Shown here in pieces: positions 10,901 to 34,300 of a stretch of DNA of 64,000 bases. The notes beneath the pieces are model-generated. The model was not told the origin of the DNA, searched no databases, and was given only the letters and a program-made list of their open reading frames with translations. The position numbers and the translations under genes are program-made. This stretch comes from Chrysemys picta bellii (lineage: Eukaryota). The stretch spans positions 19,220,001 to 19,284,000 of the forward strand of contig NC_088807.1 in the NCBI RefSeq assembly GCF_011386835.1. Direction: 5' to 3'. Position 1 is the stretch's first letter, and each line of letters begins with the position of its first letter.

Positions 10901-13703
10901 TCTGTGGGGGAATGGGCTCTCCCGCCATGCCACCCCTGCCCCTCTGGGGGGAATGGGCTCTCCCGCCATGCCACCCCCTACGCTCTGGGGGGGGAATGGA
11001 CTCTCCCGCCATGCCACCCCTGCCCTCTAGGGGGAATGGGCTCTCCCGCCATGCCACCCCTGCCTTCTGGGGGGGAGGGGAATGGGCTCTCTCCCACTGT
11101 GGCACCCCCACCACTCTTGGAGGGGGGAGCTCTCCCCAGGAATCCCCTCTATGGTAAAATGGGTTCTACCCTTTTTGCCCCACCCCCAGTTTCTGTGAGA
11201 AAATGGGCCACCCTGCTATTGCACCCCCATTTTTGTTGGTTAAAATTGTCTCTTCTGGGAAGCCCCCCTATTTTCTATGTTAAAATGGGCTCTTCCATTA
11301 CTGCACCCTTCCCCACATCCTGGAGCACTCCCACCAACCCTTCCCTCCCCCAAGGCTGACCCAGAGAGTGCAAAGCATTATGGGAAAGCTGTGCTCCCAG
11401 CATGCTCTGTGCTGGACCATAGTGGGGAGCAAATGGTCCTGGGGGCTGGAGTCAGCACCCCCCTACTGACCTCGCACCGCAGCCCAGCGCCCCCTGCCGA
11501 GCCCCCACCTTGCCCCCCGGAGCCCGGCACCCCCCACTGAGCCCCCCGCCCCCCGCAGCACAACGCCCCCTGCTGAGCCCCCCGCCCCGCTCCCTGCAGC
11601 CCAGCGTCCCACAGAGCCCCCGCCCCCTGCAGCACAACGCCCCCTGCTGAGCCCCCCGCCCCGCTCCCTGCAGCCCAGCGCCCCACAGAGCCCCCGCTCC
11701 CTGCAGCCCAGCGCCCCACAGAGCCCCCTGCCCTACCTGCTTGTCGCAGCCGAGCAGCAGCAGGAAGTAGGGGTGCTGGGTGGGGGGGCTGGATCAGGCA
11801 TTGGGACAGCTGCTCCAGGTTGGCCCCGTCCGCCGAGTCCTCGGCCCTCCCCGGACTTGGCGCCCCCGTCCGCCGGCTCTGCCTCCTGGGCCGGGGCCAC
11901 CTCCTCCTCCTGCTCCTCGCCGGCCGGCCCCACCTCGGCACCCGCCACGCTCAGCACGGCCTTGCGCTCACGCCGCTTGCGGGCGCTCAGGTTCATGTCG
12001 CTGATGCTGCGGCGCAGGGACAGGTTGTCGGCCCGCTCCTTGGGAGCCGGCCCCCCCCGAGGCCGCCCGTGAGCGGCTCTTCTGCAGCCGCCGCGCCTGG
12101 GCGTTGATGCCTGGGGGGCGAGAAGGGGGAGCCTCAGAGGGGGCTGACTGGCTCCCCACTCCGGGGCTTTCAGGGATCCCCAGCCCGGCTCCCCGCCCCC
12201 GGTGCCTGTAGCTCCGAGGCAGGACATAACTGGGGGGCCCCATGGCTCCGAACTTGGGACGACGGAGGGTCCCGTGGCTCCTGGCTGCGGGAAGATGGGG
12301 GGGCATGTCTCTGAGACGGAAGACGACTGGGGGACCCAGTAGCTTCAGGCTGGGGAGATGACCGGGGGTCCCGTGGCTCCTGGCCTGGGATGACCCAGGG
12401 GTCCCATGACTCCCAGCCTGGCATGCCCAGAGGTCCCGTGACTCACAGCCTAGCATGCCCGGGGGTCCCGTGGCTCCCGGCCTGGGACAACCCAGGGGAT
12501 GGGGGCAGCCCCCACTGCAGCCTCACCCGCCGTCTCGTTATCCTCGGCCTCGCCAACCCTCTCCACCTCGCGCCGACAGCCGCACCTCGAAGCGCCGTGA
12601 CAGGCCGGCCTTGGGCTTCCACACGTCCTGCAGCACCAGGGGCCGCTCGGTGTCGCCCACGGGGCGCAGGTGCTCGGCCTGCCAGGCCCCACCGGGCCCC
12701 TCGAAGCGCCCCACCACGTCGCACAGCACGTAGCCCCCCCTCCTCCTCCTCCGGTGCCACCCCGTAGCGCTCCAGCGCCTCCCGCACCAGCTGGCGCGCC
12801 GTGGAGCGTGGCGTGGCCAGCACGCTCTTGTAGTTGGCGCCCCGGGAGATGGCTCCCCCGAAGATCTTCAGGATGCCCGGCAGCTGGGGCTGGCTGGACA
12901 GCTCCACCAGGTCCTCGGGCACCGGGTCGATGAGATCCGCCAGCTTCTTCTCGCTGCCCCAGCGCCCGCCCCCCACGCCCGCCCCACTGCTGGTGCTGCG
13001 GTGGAACAGGTTGGAGAGGCGCTTGTGGCGGCCCGCCTTCGCCTTGCCGGCGGGACGCAGCTCCACCGTCTCGCTGCCCCGGCTGGCGGTGTCCGAGGAG
13101 GTGGACCTGGGGAGGGAAGGCGGGGAGGCCGGGTTAAATGGGCCCATTGCTCTGAGCGGACGAGGGAGGCTGGGAGTGTGGGCTAGAGGGGTCTGTGGGG
13201 CTGGCCTAGGGGGACAGGGAGGGGGCGATACTGGGGAGATGAGCCCATGGATTGACTGGGGGGACGGGAAGGAGGCAAGATACTGAGATAGATGGGCCTG
13301 TGGGTGTGATTTGGGGGCAGGGAGAGGGAGGGATACTGGGATAGATGAGCCCATAGGTCTGATCTGGGGGCAGGATACCAGGGTAGTTGGGCCTGTGGGG
13401 CTGCTCCAGGGGGTGGAAGGGCCTGGATACTGGGGTGTTGGGCCCATGGGGCTGATCCAGGAGGCCAGATACCAGGGCTGTGGGGCGGTCCGGAGGGCAG
13501 GAGGGATGGGGGCCGTTCCAGGGGGCAGGGGGGGGCTCTTCCAGGGGGCAGGAGGGAGGGGGCTGGTACCTGACGGAGCCCACACTGGGCCAGCGGCGGC
13601 TCATCTTGACGAAGTGTTTCTTGGGCGAGTTGATCCATAGGCCGACGGGGAAGTGGAGTTTCCCGAAGCGGGGGCTGCCCTCCTTCCGCTCCTCCGAGAA
13701 CAT
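4977..13703 (-). CDS. RASIP1: Ras-interacting protein 1 (RA, FHA-like and Dilute domains); assembly copy carries ~9 single-base frameshifts
   Basis: GT-AG exons with consistent phases: 13570-13703 (MFSEERKEGSPRFGKLHFPVGLWINSP), 12527-13106 (RA domain, GILKIFG..GANYKSVLATPRSTARQLVREALERY), 11737-12110, 10211-10830 (DFVIYVMTR..FLCAPDILPRHC..LHPGDLLGLGQHFLFMYKDP), 9707-9744, 9091-9242 (LRPLMLWMAN), 8772-8887, 8344-8585 (ELHPDLVSQTFGYLFFFSNASL), 6473-6512 (PFYQW, cut by gap) and 4977-5178 (EIFESFSDHPPLILP..VTDD..RLRRFLWDLEQ, stop TGA). All closely match mammalian RASIP1. Confidence 0.95.
5215..5972. repeat. Minisatellite, ~61-62 bp unit, ~12 copies, running into gap 1
   Basis: GCTGCGGGTCGGGAGTGAGGGGCGCTGGCAGAGCCGGGGGGGCAGGGCTGGGCTGGCGG repeated. 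Confidence 0.95.
5973..6472. other. Assembly gap (500 N)
   Basis: N run that truncates a RASIP1 exon. The expected Dilute-domain exon sequence is missing. Confidence 1.
6660..7740. repeat. C-rich, pyrimidine-skewed degenerate repeat in RASIP1 intron
   Basis: Recurring CCTCCCATCCGTCCCCCC and GGCCATCCCCCC motifs. Confidence 0.9.
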
Positions 13704-13869
13704 GGTGCCAGGGGCGCCGGGCACCTGGGGGGACACGGCCATGGCAGAGCGCTGGCAGGAGCCAGGCAGTCGTGCCAGGGGCAGCGGCCTAGCCAGACGG
13801 GGTGGGAGCCGGCAGCCAGACCCTGCAGAGGGCGCTAGAGAGGGGCCAGGAGGCTGCAGGGCGCTGGGG

Positions 13870-14690
13870 AGGGGCAGGTTAGGGGCCAGGATGTTGGGGT
13901 GAGTGGGGGCTGGGGATAGGTTGGGGGCTGGGATATTGGGGTGAGGGGGGGGATGGGAGTAGGTTGCGGGATGGGATATTGGGGCGAGTGGGGGACAGGG
14001 GTAGGTTGGGGGCTGGGATGTTGGGGTGAGTGGGGGAAGGGGATAGGTTGGGGGACGGAATATTGGGGTGAGTGGGGATGGGGGTAGGTTGGGGGCTGGG
14101 ATGTGGGGGTGAGGGGGGATGGGGATAGGTTGGGGGCTGGGATGTTGGGGTGAGTGGGGGATGGGGGATGGGGGTAGGTTGGGGGCCGGGATGTTGGGGT
14201 GAGGGGGGGATGGGGATAGGTTGGAGGTTGGGATGTTGGGGTGAGTGGGGAAGGGGGGATAGGTTGGGATGTTGGGGTGAGTGGGGAAGGGGGGGTAGGT
14301 TTGGGGGTTGGGATGTTGGGGTGAGTGGGAAGGGGGGATAGGTTGGAGGTTGGGATGTTGGGGTGAGTGGGGAAGGGGGTAGGTTGGGGGACGGAATATT
14401 GGGGTGAGTGGGGATGGGGGTAGGTTGGGGGCTGGGATGTGGGGGTGAGGGGGGATGGGGATAGGTTGGGGGCTGGGATGTTGGGGTGAGTGGGGGATGG
14501 GGGATGGGGGTAGGTTGGGGGCCGGGATGTTGGGGTGAGTGGGGGATGGGGGTAGGTTGGGGGGCCGGGATGTTGGGGTGAGTGGGGGTTGGGGAGTGGG
14601 TTGGGGGCTGGGATGTTGGGGTGAGTTTAGGTTGGGGGCCGGGATGTTGGGGTGAGTGGGGAAAGGGGTAGGTTGGGGGGCCGGGATGTT
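13870..14690. repeat. G-rich degenerate tandem repeat upstream of RASIP1 start codon
   Basis: GGGATGTTGGGGTGAGTGGGGGATGGGGGTAGGTTGGGGGCT-like units. Confidence 0.9.
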
Positions 14691-15511
14691 GGGGGCCAGC
14701 TCTGGTACTGCCAGCGCACAGCTAGTGGCTTCCAACAAGTTAGATTTGGCTACAAGCTCCCGCTCCCGCTACACTCCAGAGCCAGCTGCATTCCGGGGGC
14801 TGGGATCCATGGAGGTGGAGGGAGCCCAGGGCCATCCTGGGCTGTCTTTCAAGGCCCTTTATTGGTTCAAACGCTTCCCCCTCCCCAGGGTGAGGGTCGG
14901 AGGGGACCTCAATGCCCCAAAGCTGTAAGGAGCCTGGCTGGGATACCAGGACTCCTGGGTTCCGTCCCCCACTCTGGATAGAGCGGGGTGGGGGCTGAGA
15001 GCCAGGATTCCTGGGTTCTATCTGAGCTCTGGAGCCCCCAATTACCTCCAGTTCGCCCCTCCCCCCAGCTAGCTGGCTGCCCCCCATCACCCCAATTTTC
15101 CTCTGCCCCCGGGTTGCTGGCTGCCCTCCCGAACTACCCCCCCTTCGCCCCTACCCCAAAGCTGTAAGGAGCCTGGCTGGGAAACCAGGACTCCTGGGTT
15201 CCATCCCCCACTCTAGGTGGGGAGTGGGGGCTACTGGTTAGAGCGGGCGGGGGGGGGGAGGCTGAGGGCCAGCTGGCTGCCCCCGATCACCCCACTCCCC
15301 CACCCCGGCTGACTGCCCCCGATCACCCCACTTCCCCCCCCCGCTGACCCCCAATCACCTGACTCTGACCCACCCCCGCGGCTGGCCCCTGATGCCCCCC
15401 CCGCCTGGCCCCCGATCACCCCCCTTCTTCCCCCCCCGCTGGCTGCCCCCGATCACCCTCCCCCCCCGACCCTTCCCCAGCTCCTGCCCCAGAGGAAAGG
15501 GGGGGGGTTAC

Positions 15512-15700
15512 CCAGTCCCGTCGCGGGGCCGGACGTCTCCTCTCCTGGGCTCCGCTCCCGCGCTCAGCTCCAGCCTGGGGGCTGCCCCGCCCGCCCCATG
15601 GCCCCCTCGGTGGGGCGCGACCCCCAGCCCAGCCCCAGCTCTGCGGCCAGCCCGCTGCCAGTCGGGGCCGGAGTCACTGAGCGCGGATTTCCCCCGGCCC
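15512..15700 (-). promoter_or_regulatory. Probable RASIP1 non-coding first exon and CpG-rich promoter
   Basis: CpG-rich, non-repetitive island ending in a minus-strand donor (CTGG|GTAACC at 15511). GGAA ETS-type cores nearby (~15685, ~15755). Inferred. Confidence 0.45.
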
Positions 15701-16490
15701 CCGCCCGGCCGGTGCTGGGGGGGGGGGGGTGGGGGCAGGAAAAGGAGCCGGGCCAGGAAGCGGGGCCCCTCCGACGGGGCGGGGGACACGGAGCCTGTGG
15801 GGCGGGGAGGGGCAGAGCAAAGGGGGTGCGGGGCCACAAGCGAGAGGGAGCGGTGGGGGGGCGTGGTGGGGGGCAGTGAGTGGGGGAGGGGGGGTAGTGG
15901 GGGGATGCAATGTGGGGGGAAGGGGTGCGATAGGGAGGCATGAGGGGAGGGAGGGGCACAATGTGGGGGGCTGTGAGGGGGAGGGGGAACGGTGTATGTC
16001 AGGGCAGGGGGCACAAGAGGGGCAGTGGGGGATGCAATGTGTGGGGGGTAGGGGTGCGATGGGGGAGGCGTGAGTGGGGGAGGGGGCAGGGCCATGATAT
16101 GGGGAGCAATGCATGGGGGAGGGGCACCGTTGGGCAGCAAATGTGTGTGAGGGAGGGGCATGAGGGGGGTGGGGAGGACACGGGATGTGGGGGGCAGTGG
16201 GTGGGAGGGAGAGGGCACTGTCTGGGGGACGGGGCAGTGGGGGAAGGGATGCAGTGTGGGGGTGAAAGGGGGAGCAGTGTGTGTGTGTGGAGAGGGACAC
16301 AGTGTGGGGGGGCAGGGAGGGGATGCACTGGGGCTGGTCCGGCCTGTGCCAGCCAGCGTCCCCACTAGGGCTTCGCAGCGCCTGGGGCTCCCCCAAACCC
16401 AGCCTCCAGGCTCGCGGGGGATCTCCTCAGAGGGAGCGCTATGGGGACTAGGACACTTGGACTCCAGAGCCAAATTATGCAAGAAGCGGG

Positions 16491-16496
16491 TTTATT
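16491..16496 (-). terminator. COX6B2 polyadenylation signal AATAAA
   Basis: tttatt ~125 nt after the stop. Confidence 0.7.
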
Positions 16497-16619
16497 GTGG
16501 GTCTGTGAGGAGCCAGCGAGGTCAGTCGCCACAGGATGTGCCGGAGTGGGCAGGGCCTCGCCACAGGGCGGGGCCTGGGGGGTCTGCCTCTCCCCCAGCA
16601 CCCCCAGGTGCAGCTGTGC

Positions 16620-17413
16620 CTAGATCCTGCCAGCGAAGGAGCCGTCGTCCCGCTGCTCATCCCAGCGCTTCACCTGGCAGAAGGGAAACGGGGTTAGGGG
16701 TGGGGGCCATACCCAGATGGGCAGCTCCACACAGAGCAGGGCCTAGCCCTCCCAGCAGGGGGCAGCAGGGCCCCCCCCACTCCCCTCACAGAGCAGGGCC
16801 CAGCCCCTCTCCCAACAAGGGGCAGAGAATGGGGCAGGGGGGTCTTTCCCCTGGGGGTACTGGCTCCCATCCAGCCCCAGGGCAGGGGACTGACTGGCTC
16901 AAGAGGGTGGAGGATAGGGCCCTGGGACCTTTTCCCCTCCTCTCCCCACTGAGTGCAGAGTGGGGGGTACCCCTGGGGTTCTGGCACCCCACATACCCAG
17001 GAGATGGGGCACAGGGACTTGTAGACCCGGTAGTACCACTGGCATGGCCTGGTGTCCTTTCCCTTCGCCCCCAGTGTCTTCAGGCAGCGGTAATAGTCTG
17101 CAGGGAGACAGCACGTGTTACCCTCTGCCACCACAAGGAGGCGCCAGTGAGCCAACCTCACCACCCTGCCCCTCATAGCCAATCCCTCCCCACAACTACC
17201 CACTCTCCTCCCAGAGCCAGGGGGAGAACCCAGGAGTCCTGGCTCCTAGTCCCCCTCTCCCCCCCCCCCGAGGGCCCTCTGCCACTCACCCAGGTAGTTC
17301 TGGTAGCAGTTGCGGGTCTGGTTTGTGTTGGGGAAGCGGGGGTCGAAGGGGGCCGTGCGGTAATACCCCCGGGACCCCTCAGGGGACGCCCTTCTCCCCC
17401 CCGCCGGCTCCAT
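16620..17413 (-). CDS. COX6B2: Cytochrome c oxidase subunit 6B, 92 aa, intact; COX6B2 by synteny
   Basis: Exons 17290-17413 ([30 protein letters not shown]), 16997-17097 ([34 protein letters not shown]) and 16620-16673 ([17 protein letters not shown]). Canonical splice sites and the twin CX9C/CX10C cysteines. Adjacent to a FAM71E2-like gene, as COX6B2 is in mammals. Confidence 0.9.
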
Positions 17414-17499
17414 AGGAGCTCTGCATTCTTGAAAAAAGTAGGCAGGTGAAAGTGGAGAGGCTGGACTGCTCTAACCGCTGGGCCTCACTCCCCTCTCAG

Positions 17500-17910
17500 A
17501 GCTGGGCTGGAACCCAGGAGTCCTGGTTCCAGCCCCCGCTGGGCCACCAGACCCCATTTCCCGCCCCAGAGCCAGGGAGAGAACCCAGGAGTCCTGGCTC
17601 CCAGCCCCTCCGCTCTGACCGCTGGCCCCACTCCCCTCCCAGAGCCAGGGAGAGAACCCAGGAGTCCTGGCTCCCAGCCCCTCCGCTCTGACCGCTGGCC
17701 CCACTCCCCCTCCCAGAGCAGGGAGAGAACCCAGGAGTCCTGGCTCCCAGCCCCTCTGCTCTGACCGCTGGCCCCACTCCCCTCTCCAGAGCCAGGGAGA
17801 GAACCCCAGGAGTCCTCCCCTCCGCTCTGACCGCTGGCCCCACTCCCCTCCCAGAGCCAGGGAGAGAACCCAGGAGTCCTGGCTCCCAGCCCCTCCGCTC
17901 TGACCGCTGG
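17500..17910. repeat. Cluster of the dispersed/tandem ~65-70 bp GAGAACCCAGGAGTCCTGGCTCCCAGCCCC..CTCTAACCAC family (other clusters ~655-860, 3050-3190, 4470-4680, 23240-23800, 28600-28910, 29710-29935, 31620-31865, 32395-32680 and mirrored in the right arm)
   Basis: The same unit recurs dozens of times across the window. Confidence 0.9.
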
Positions 17911-18899
17911 CCCCCACTCCCCTCCCAGTGCTCGGGCTCACCTGTGTCTCACCCCCAATGCCCCAAGCTAGTAAATTCAGTTGCTTTGGGTTTCTAAAGG
18001 GAGAAAGAATAAAATGGGGGGTGACCTTTCCCTCTGGCCCCCAGGGCTGCTGATGGGATCTGGCCCCGACCCTCCCCCAGCCTGCGGCCCCCCACTGCTG
18101 GATCCCTCCCCGACTCCCCCGGCTGTCAGGATCCCCCCATGAGTAGTCCCTGGCCTGCACCCCCCCCCCCCCCGCAGCCTGCGCTCCCCCTCACCGCCCC
18201 CCCCCCACTGCAGGGATCCCTCCCCAAACTCCCAGCAGCCAGGATCCCTCCCTGACCCCTCCCCAGCCTGTGCTCCCCTCACCGCCCCCCCACTGCCAGT
18301 TTCCCTCCCCGACCGCCCCCCGCAGCCTGCGCTCCCCTCACCGCCCCCCCCCCACTGCAGGGATCCCTCCCCAAACTCCCAGCAGCCAGGATTCCTGCCT
18401 GCCCCCCCCCAGGCTCCCCACTCCCCCCCCCACTGCCAGGATCCCTCCCTGACCCCTCCCCAGCCTGTGCTCCCCTCACCCCCCCCCCACTGCCAGTTTC
18501 CCTCCCCGACCGCCCCCCCCAGCCTGTGCTCCCTTTGCCCCCCCATACAGTGTGACTGCTCCCCAGAGACTCTGAGGGGACAGGGGACTTAGTGCCCCCT
18601 GAGTTCCTATTGGCTGGAACATTCCCCGCCGTGGAAGGCTCTGGCCAATGGGAGCAAAGGGCGGGGCCTGCCCCCTCCCCACCGCATGTCAGTTAGGAGC
18701 AACTGCCATGGAATCTTCTAGAAATGTGTGTGTGTGTGGGGGGGGAGGCCTTTCAGCCAATAAGAGCGCGGGGTTCCATGGTCCTGATCCCACCCCCCCC
18801 CCCTGGAATGCCCATCCCCCGAGCCTGTCCCCCCCACTGTTCCCCCCCATGAAGCCCACTCCCCACTCTGCTCCCCCACCCTCCCATAAACCCCCCCCA

Positions 18900-19450
18900 G
18901 AACCCTCCCAAGCTGCTCTCCCCACCCCCCCTGAATGCCCCCCCGAGCCAGTCCCCTCCACTCTGCTCCCCCCACCATCCCATATGCCCCCTCCAGAACC
19001 CTCCCACGCTGCTCACTCCATCCCCCTGAATGCCCCCTCCCGGAGCCAGTCCCCCCCACTCTGCTCCATCCACCATTCCATACGCCCCCCCCCAGACCCC
19101 TCCCACGCTGCTCACTCCACCCCCCTGAATGCCCCTCCCGGAGCCAGTCCCCCCCACTCTGCTCCATCCACCATCCCATACGCCCCCCCCCCACAGACCC
19201 CTCCCACGCTGCTCACTCCACCCCCCCTGAATGCCCCTCCCGGAGCCAGTCCCCCCCACTCTGCTCCATCCACCATCCCATACGCCCCCCCCCCCACAGA
19301 ACCCTCCCACGCTGCTCACTCCACCCCCCTGAACGCCCCCCCTGGAGACAGTCCCCCCCACTCTGCTTCCCACACCATCCCGTACGCCCCCCCAGAACCG
19401 TCCTACGCTGCTCTCCTCACCCCCTTGAACGTGCCCCCTGATCCCATCCC
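18900..19450. repeat. C-rich minisatellite, ~98-102 bp unit, ~5 copies
   Basis: GAGCCAGTCCCC recurs at 18945, 19043, 19141 and 19243. Confidence 0.9.
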
Positions 19451-19752
19451 CCCCCACTGCTCCCCCATCACCGTCCTGAATGCCCCCCCACACAGTCCCC
19501 CCCTCGGCGTCCCCTGACACCTCCCCCAACCCCGCCCCACTCAGCCCCCTCCCTGCAGCCCAGGCCCTAGCGCCACCCTAGGGCAGAGGTCCAGCCCTGA
19601 GCCTTGGTGGTCACTGGCAGCCGTGGAGGAGGGACAGTTGCACACACAACCCCGACCCAACGTTCACTGCAAAGTTTAATAGGCAAAGCCGGGAAAGCCG
19701 TGACACTCGCTGCCCCGTGCCCTGGCCAGCCGGCCGGCTGCTGGGGAGCGTC

Positions 19753-31918
<12,166 letters not shown>

Positions 31919-32814
31919 GGCCGGCTAGCTGTGTCAGGCTTGGCTTGTTGGGGTTGGGGGTCTCAGGAGGCCGAGATCGTGGGGCACGTCACGGCAGCAG
32001 CAGGGGTCCATGACTGCCAGTGCCCAGGGGCCCATGGCCCCAGCACAGGGTGCTCCCAGCATCAGTGCCCCCTGTTGGCAAGGCAGCATCACTGCCCCAT
32101 GCTGCTCTGGGCCGGCCCGGAACCTCTGACCTGGGGCCTGGCATTGTGATATCAGCAGGCCCCTCCCCGCCCCAGGGCTTCCTCCGGTCCCCATCACCAT
32201 GGCCTCTGGGTGCCTGACAAGCTGCAGGCTGTTTACCCACCATCACCTGCAAGGCAGGGCAGGGCATTGTAGGGATGGGGAAACTGAGGCCCAGAGAGGC
32301 TACGTGACCAGCCTGGATGGGCAGGGAATTCAATCTGGTGGAGTGTCCCACAGCCCAAGTTAGTGTCCAGAAAAACAGGGCTAGCCCTCCTTCTGGGCTG
32401 GGAGCCAGGACTCCTGAGTTCTCTCCCCAGCTCTGGGAGGGAGGTGGGGGTCTAGTGGTTAGAGCGGAGGGGGGGCTGGGAGCCAGGACTCCTGAGTTCT
32501 CTCCCCAGCTCTGGGAGGGAGGTGGGGGTCTAGTGGTTAGAGCGGAGGGGGGGCTGGGAGCCAGGACTCCTGGGTTCTCTCCCTGCTCTGGGAGGGGAGT
32601 GGGGTCTAGTGGTTAGAGCAGGGGGGCTGGGAGCCAGGACTCCTGGGTTCTCTCCCCAGCTCTGGGAAGGGAGTGGGATCTGGGGTGGGGGGGCAGCCAG
32701 GGACTCAGGGTTGTCTCTGGGGAGGTTTCACCCATGCTGGGTTGATAACATTCAGCGGCCGGTACCCGTTCTGAATGGGTTAAAGCAACCTCCACCCCGC
32801 CTTCCCCACCGTCT

Positions 32815-32990
32815 GGGCTCTCATTGGTCGGACAGGTAAAGGTGAGCAGGAAGAGGGGGGGGGCGTGCGGCACAGCTGATTGGATAGCACACACCTGGGG
32901 GCGGGGCTTAGGGGTAGGCAGCGTCTCCTTTGATCTCAGCAGGTAGAGCGAATCTGAGTGACCTCGAGCCAGGCCCCGCCCACCATTGTG
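32815..32990. promoter_or_regulatory. Candidate divergent promoter between GARIN5B (-) and TMEM238 (+)
   Basis: Two ATTGG (CCAAT) boxes (~32823, ~32879) and GC boxes (GGGGCGGGG ~32897, CCCCGCCC ~32974) in a unique island between head-to-head genes. Confidence 0.5.
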
Positions 32991-33411
32991 TGTGGGGGTT
33001 GGGAGCCAGGACGCCTGGGTTCTCTGCCCAGCTCTGGGAGGGGAATGGGGGTTAGTGGTTAGAAGGAGGGAGCCAGGACTCCTGGGTTCTCTCCCTGGCT
33101 CTGGGAGGGGAGCGGCATCTAGTGGTTAGAAGTGGGGGGAGGGCTGGGAGCCAGGACGCCTGGGTTCTCTCCCCAGCTAGACGTGACCATCCCAGCCGCG
33201 CCTGTCGGCCTGTGGTGGGCAGGGAAGGGTTAACCCGGGCAGGGAGCGATACCTGCTGGGTCCCGCCCTGCCCCCCCCCACCAGCCGGGCCGGTTCTCAG
33301 CGCACCTGGCTGCCACCTCCCTGCCCAGCGCCAGCCCGGATCCCTGCTGGGTCTCTGCCGCCCCCCCCCCCCGCACCCCTCGGGACCTGCCCCCCGCCGC
33401 TGCCCCCCGCC

Positions 33412-33783
33412 ATGGCCTCGGGGGGGCTGGGCCGGTGCCGCCTGGCGCTGGGCCTGGCGCTGCTGCTGGACGGGGCGGGCATGGGGGCGCTGCTGACGGG
33501 CATCTTCGCCCGGCTGCGGGTGCGGGGCCAGGACTTCGGGGACCTGCTGATCTACTCGGGGGCGGTGCTGGTCTTCCTGAGCCTGCTGGGCTGGGTGCTC
33601 TGGTACACGGGCAACCTGGAGCTGGCGCCCGACGAGCTGGGGCGGGACTACGCTGCCAAGGGGGGCACCCTGGCCCGCCTCGCCCGCAAGATCTCCCGCC
33701 GCTGGTCGCGGCGCCAGCCCGGCCCGCTGGCCCTGGGCCCCGTCCGGGGGAGCCAGGGGCCCCCGCCCCGGGAGACGGTCTAG
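33412..33783 (+). CDS. TMEM238: Transmembrane protein 238, copy 1, 123 aa, single coding exon
   Basis: GLGRCRLALGLALLLDGAGMGALLTGIFARLRVRGQDFGDLLIYSGAVLVFLSLLGWVLWYTGNLE..LARLARKISRRWS closely matches mammalian TMEM238. A donor (AG|GTAACC) follows 2 nt after the stop. Confidence 0.93.
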   Translation: MASGGLGRCRLALGLALLLDGAGMGALLTGIFARLRVRGQDFGDLLIYSGAVLVFLSLLGWVLWYTGNLELAPDELGRDYAAKGGTLARLARKISRRWSRRQPGPLALGPVRGSQGPPPRETV

Positions 33784-33789
33784 AGGTAA

Positions 33790-34300
33790 CCCTGCCCCCT
33801 GTGCCCCCCAAACCCTGTCCCTGCTGCCCTGCCCCCTGTGCCCCCCAAACCCTGTCCCTGCTGCCCTGCCCCCTGTGCCCCCCAAACCCTGTCCCTGCTG
33901 CCCTGCCCCCTGTACCCCCCAAACCCTGTCCCTGCTGCCCTTCCCCCTGTGCCCCCAAACCCTGTCCCTGCTGCCCTGCCCCCTGTGCCCCCCAAACCCT
34001 GTCCCTGCTGCCCTGCCCCCTGTGGCCCCCAAGCCCTGCCCCGTGTGCCCCCCAAACGCTGCCCCCAAACCCTACCCCCAAACTCTGTCCCTGCTGCCCT
34101 GCCCCATGTGCCCCCAAACCCTGCCCCCCAGCCCTGCCTTGTGTGTCCCCCAAATCCTGCCCCCAAACCTTGTCCCTGCTGCCCTCTCCCCGTGCCCCCC
34201 AAACAATGCCCCCAAACCCCACCCCTCGGGTCCCTCCAAACCCTGCCCCCAAACCCTGTCCACCCCTGACCCTGCCCACATTGTCCTTCTCCCCAAACCC
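33790..34300. repeat. ~37 bp minisatellite after TMEM238 stop (shorter in copy 2, ~56280-56610)
   Basis: CCCTGTGCCCCCCAAACCCTGTCCCTGCTGCCCTGC repeated; period 37. Confidence 0.9.

Noticed and set aside
13206-14738. 510-aa Pro/His-rich ORF extending the RASIP1 N-terminus
   Set aside because: Translation of the intronic G-rich repeat. Homology to RASIP1 begins at MFSEERKEG (13703).
18600-18770. CCAAT/GC-box cluster as the COX6B2 promoter
   Set aside because: Not called as a feature. It is embedded among repeats, GGCCAATGGGAG resembles common reptile TE sequence, and there is no TSS evidence.
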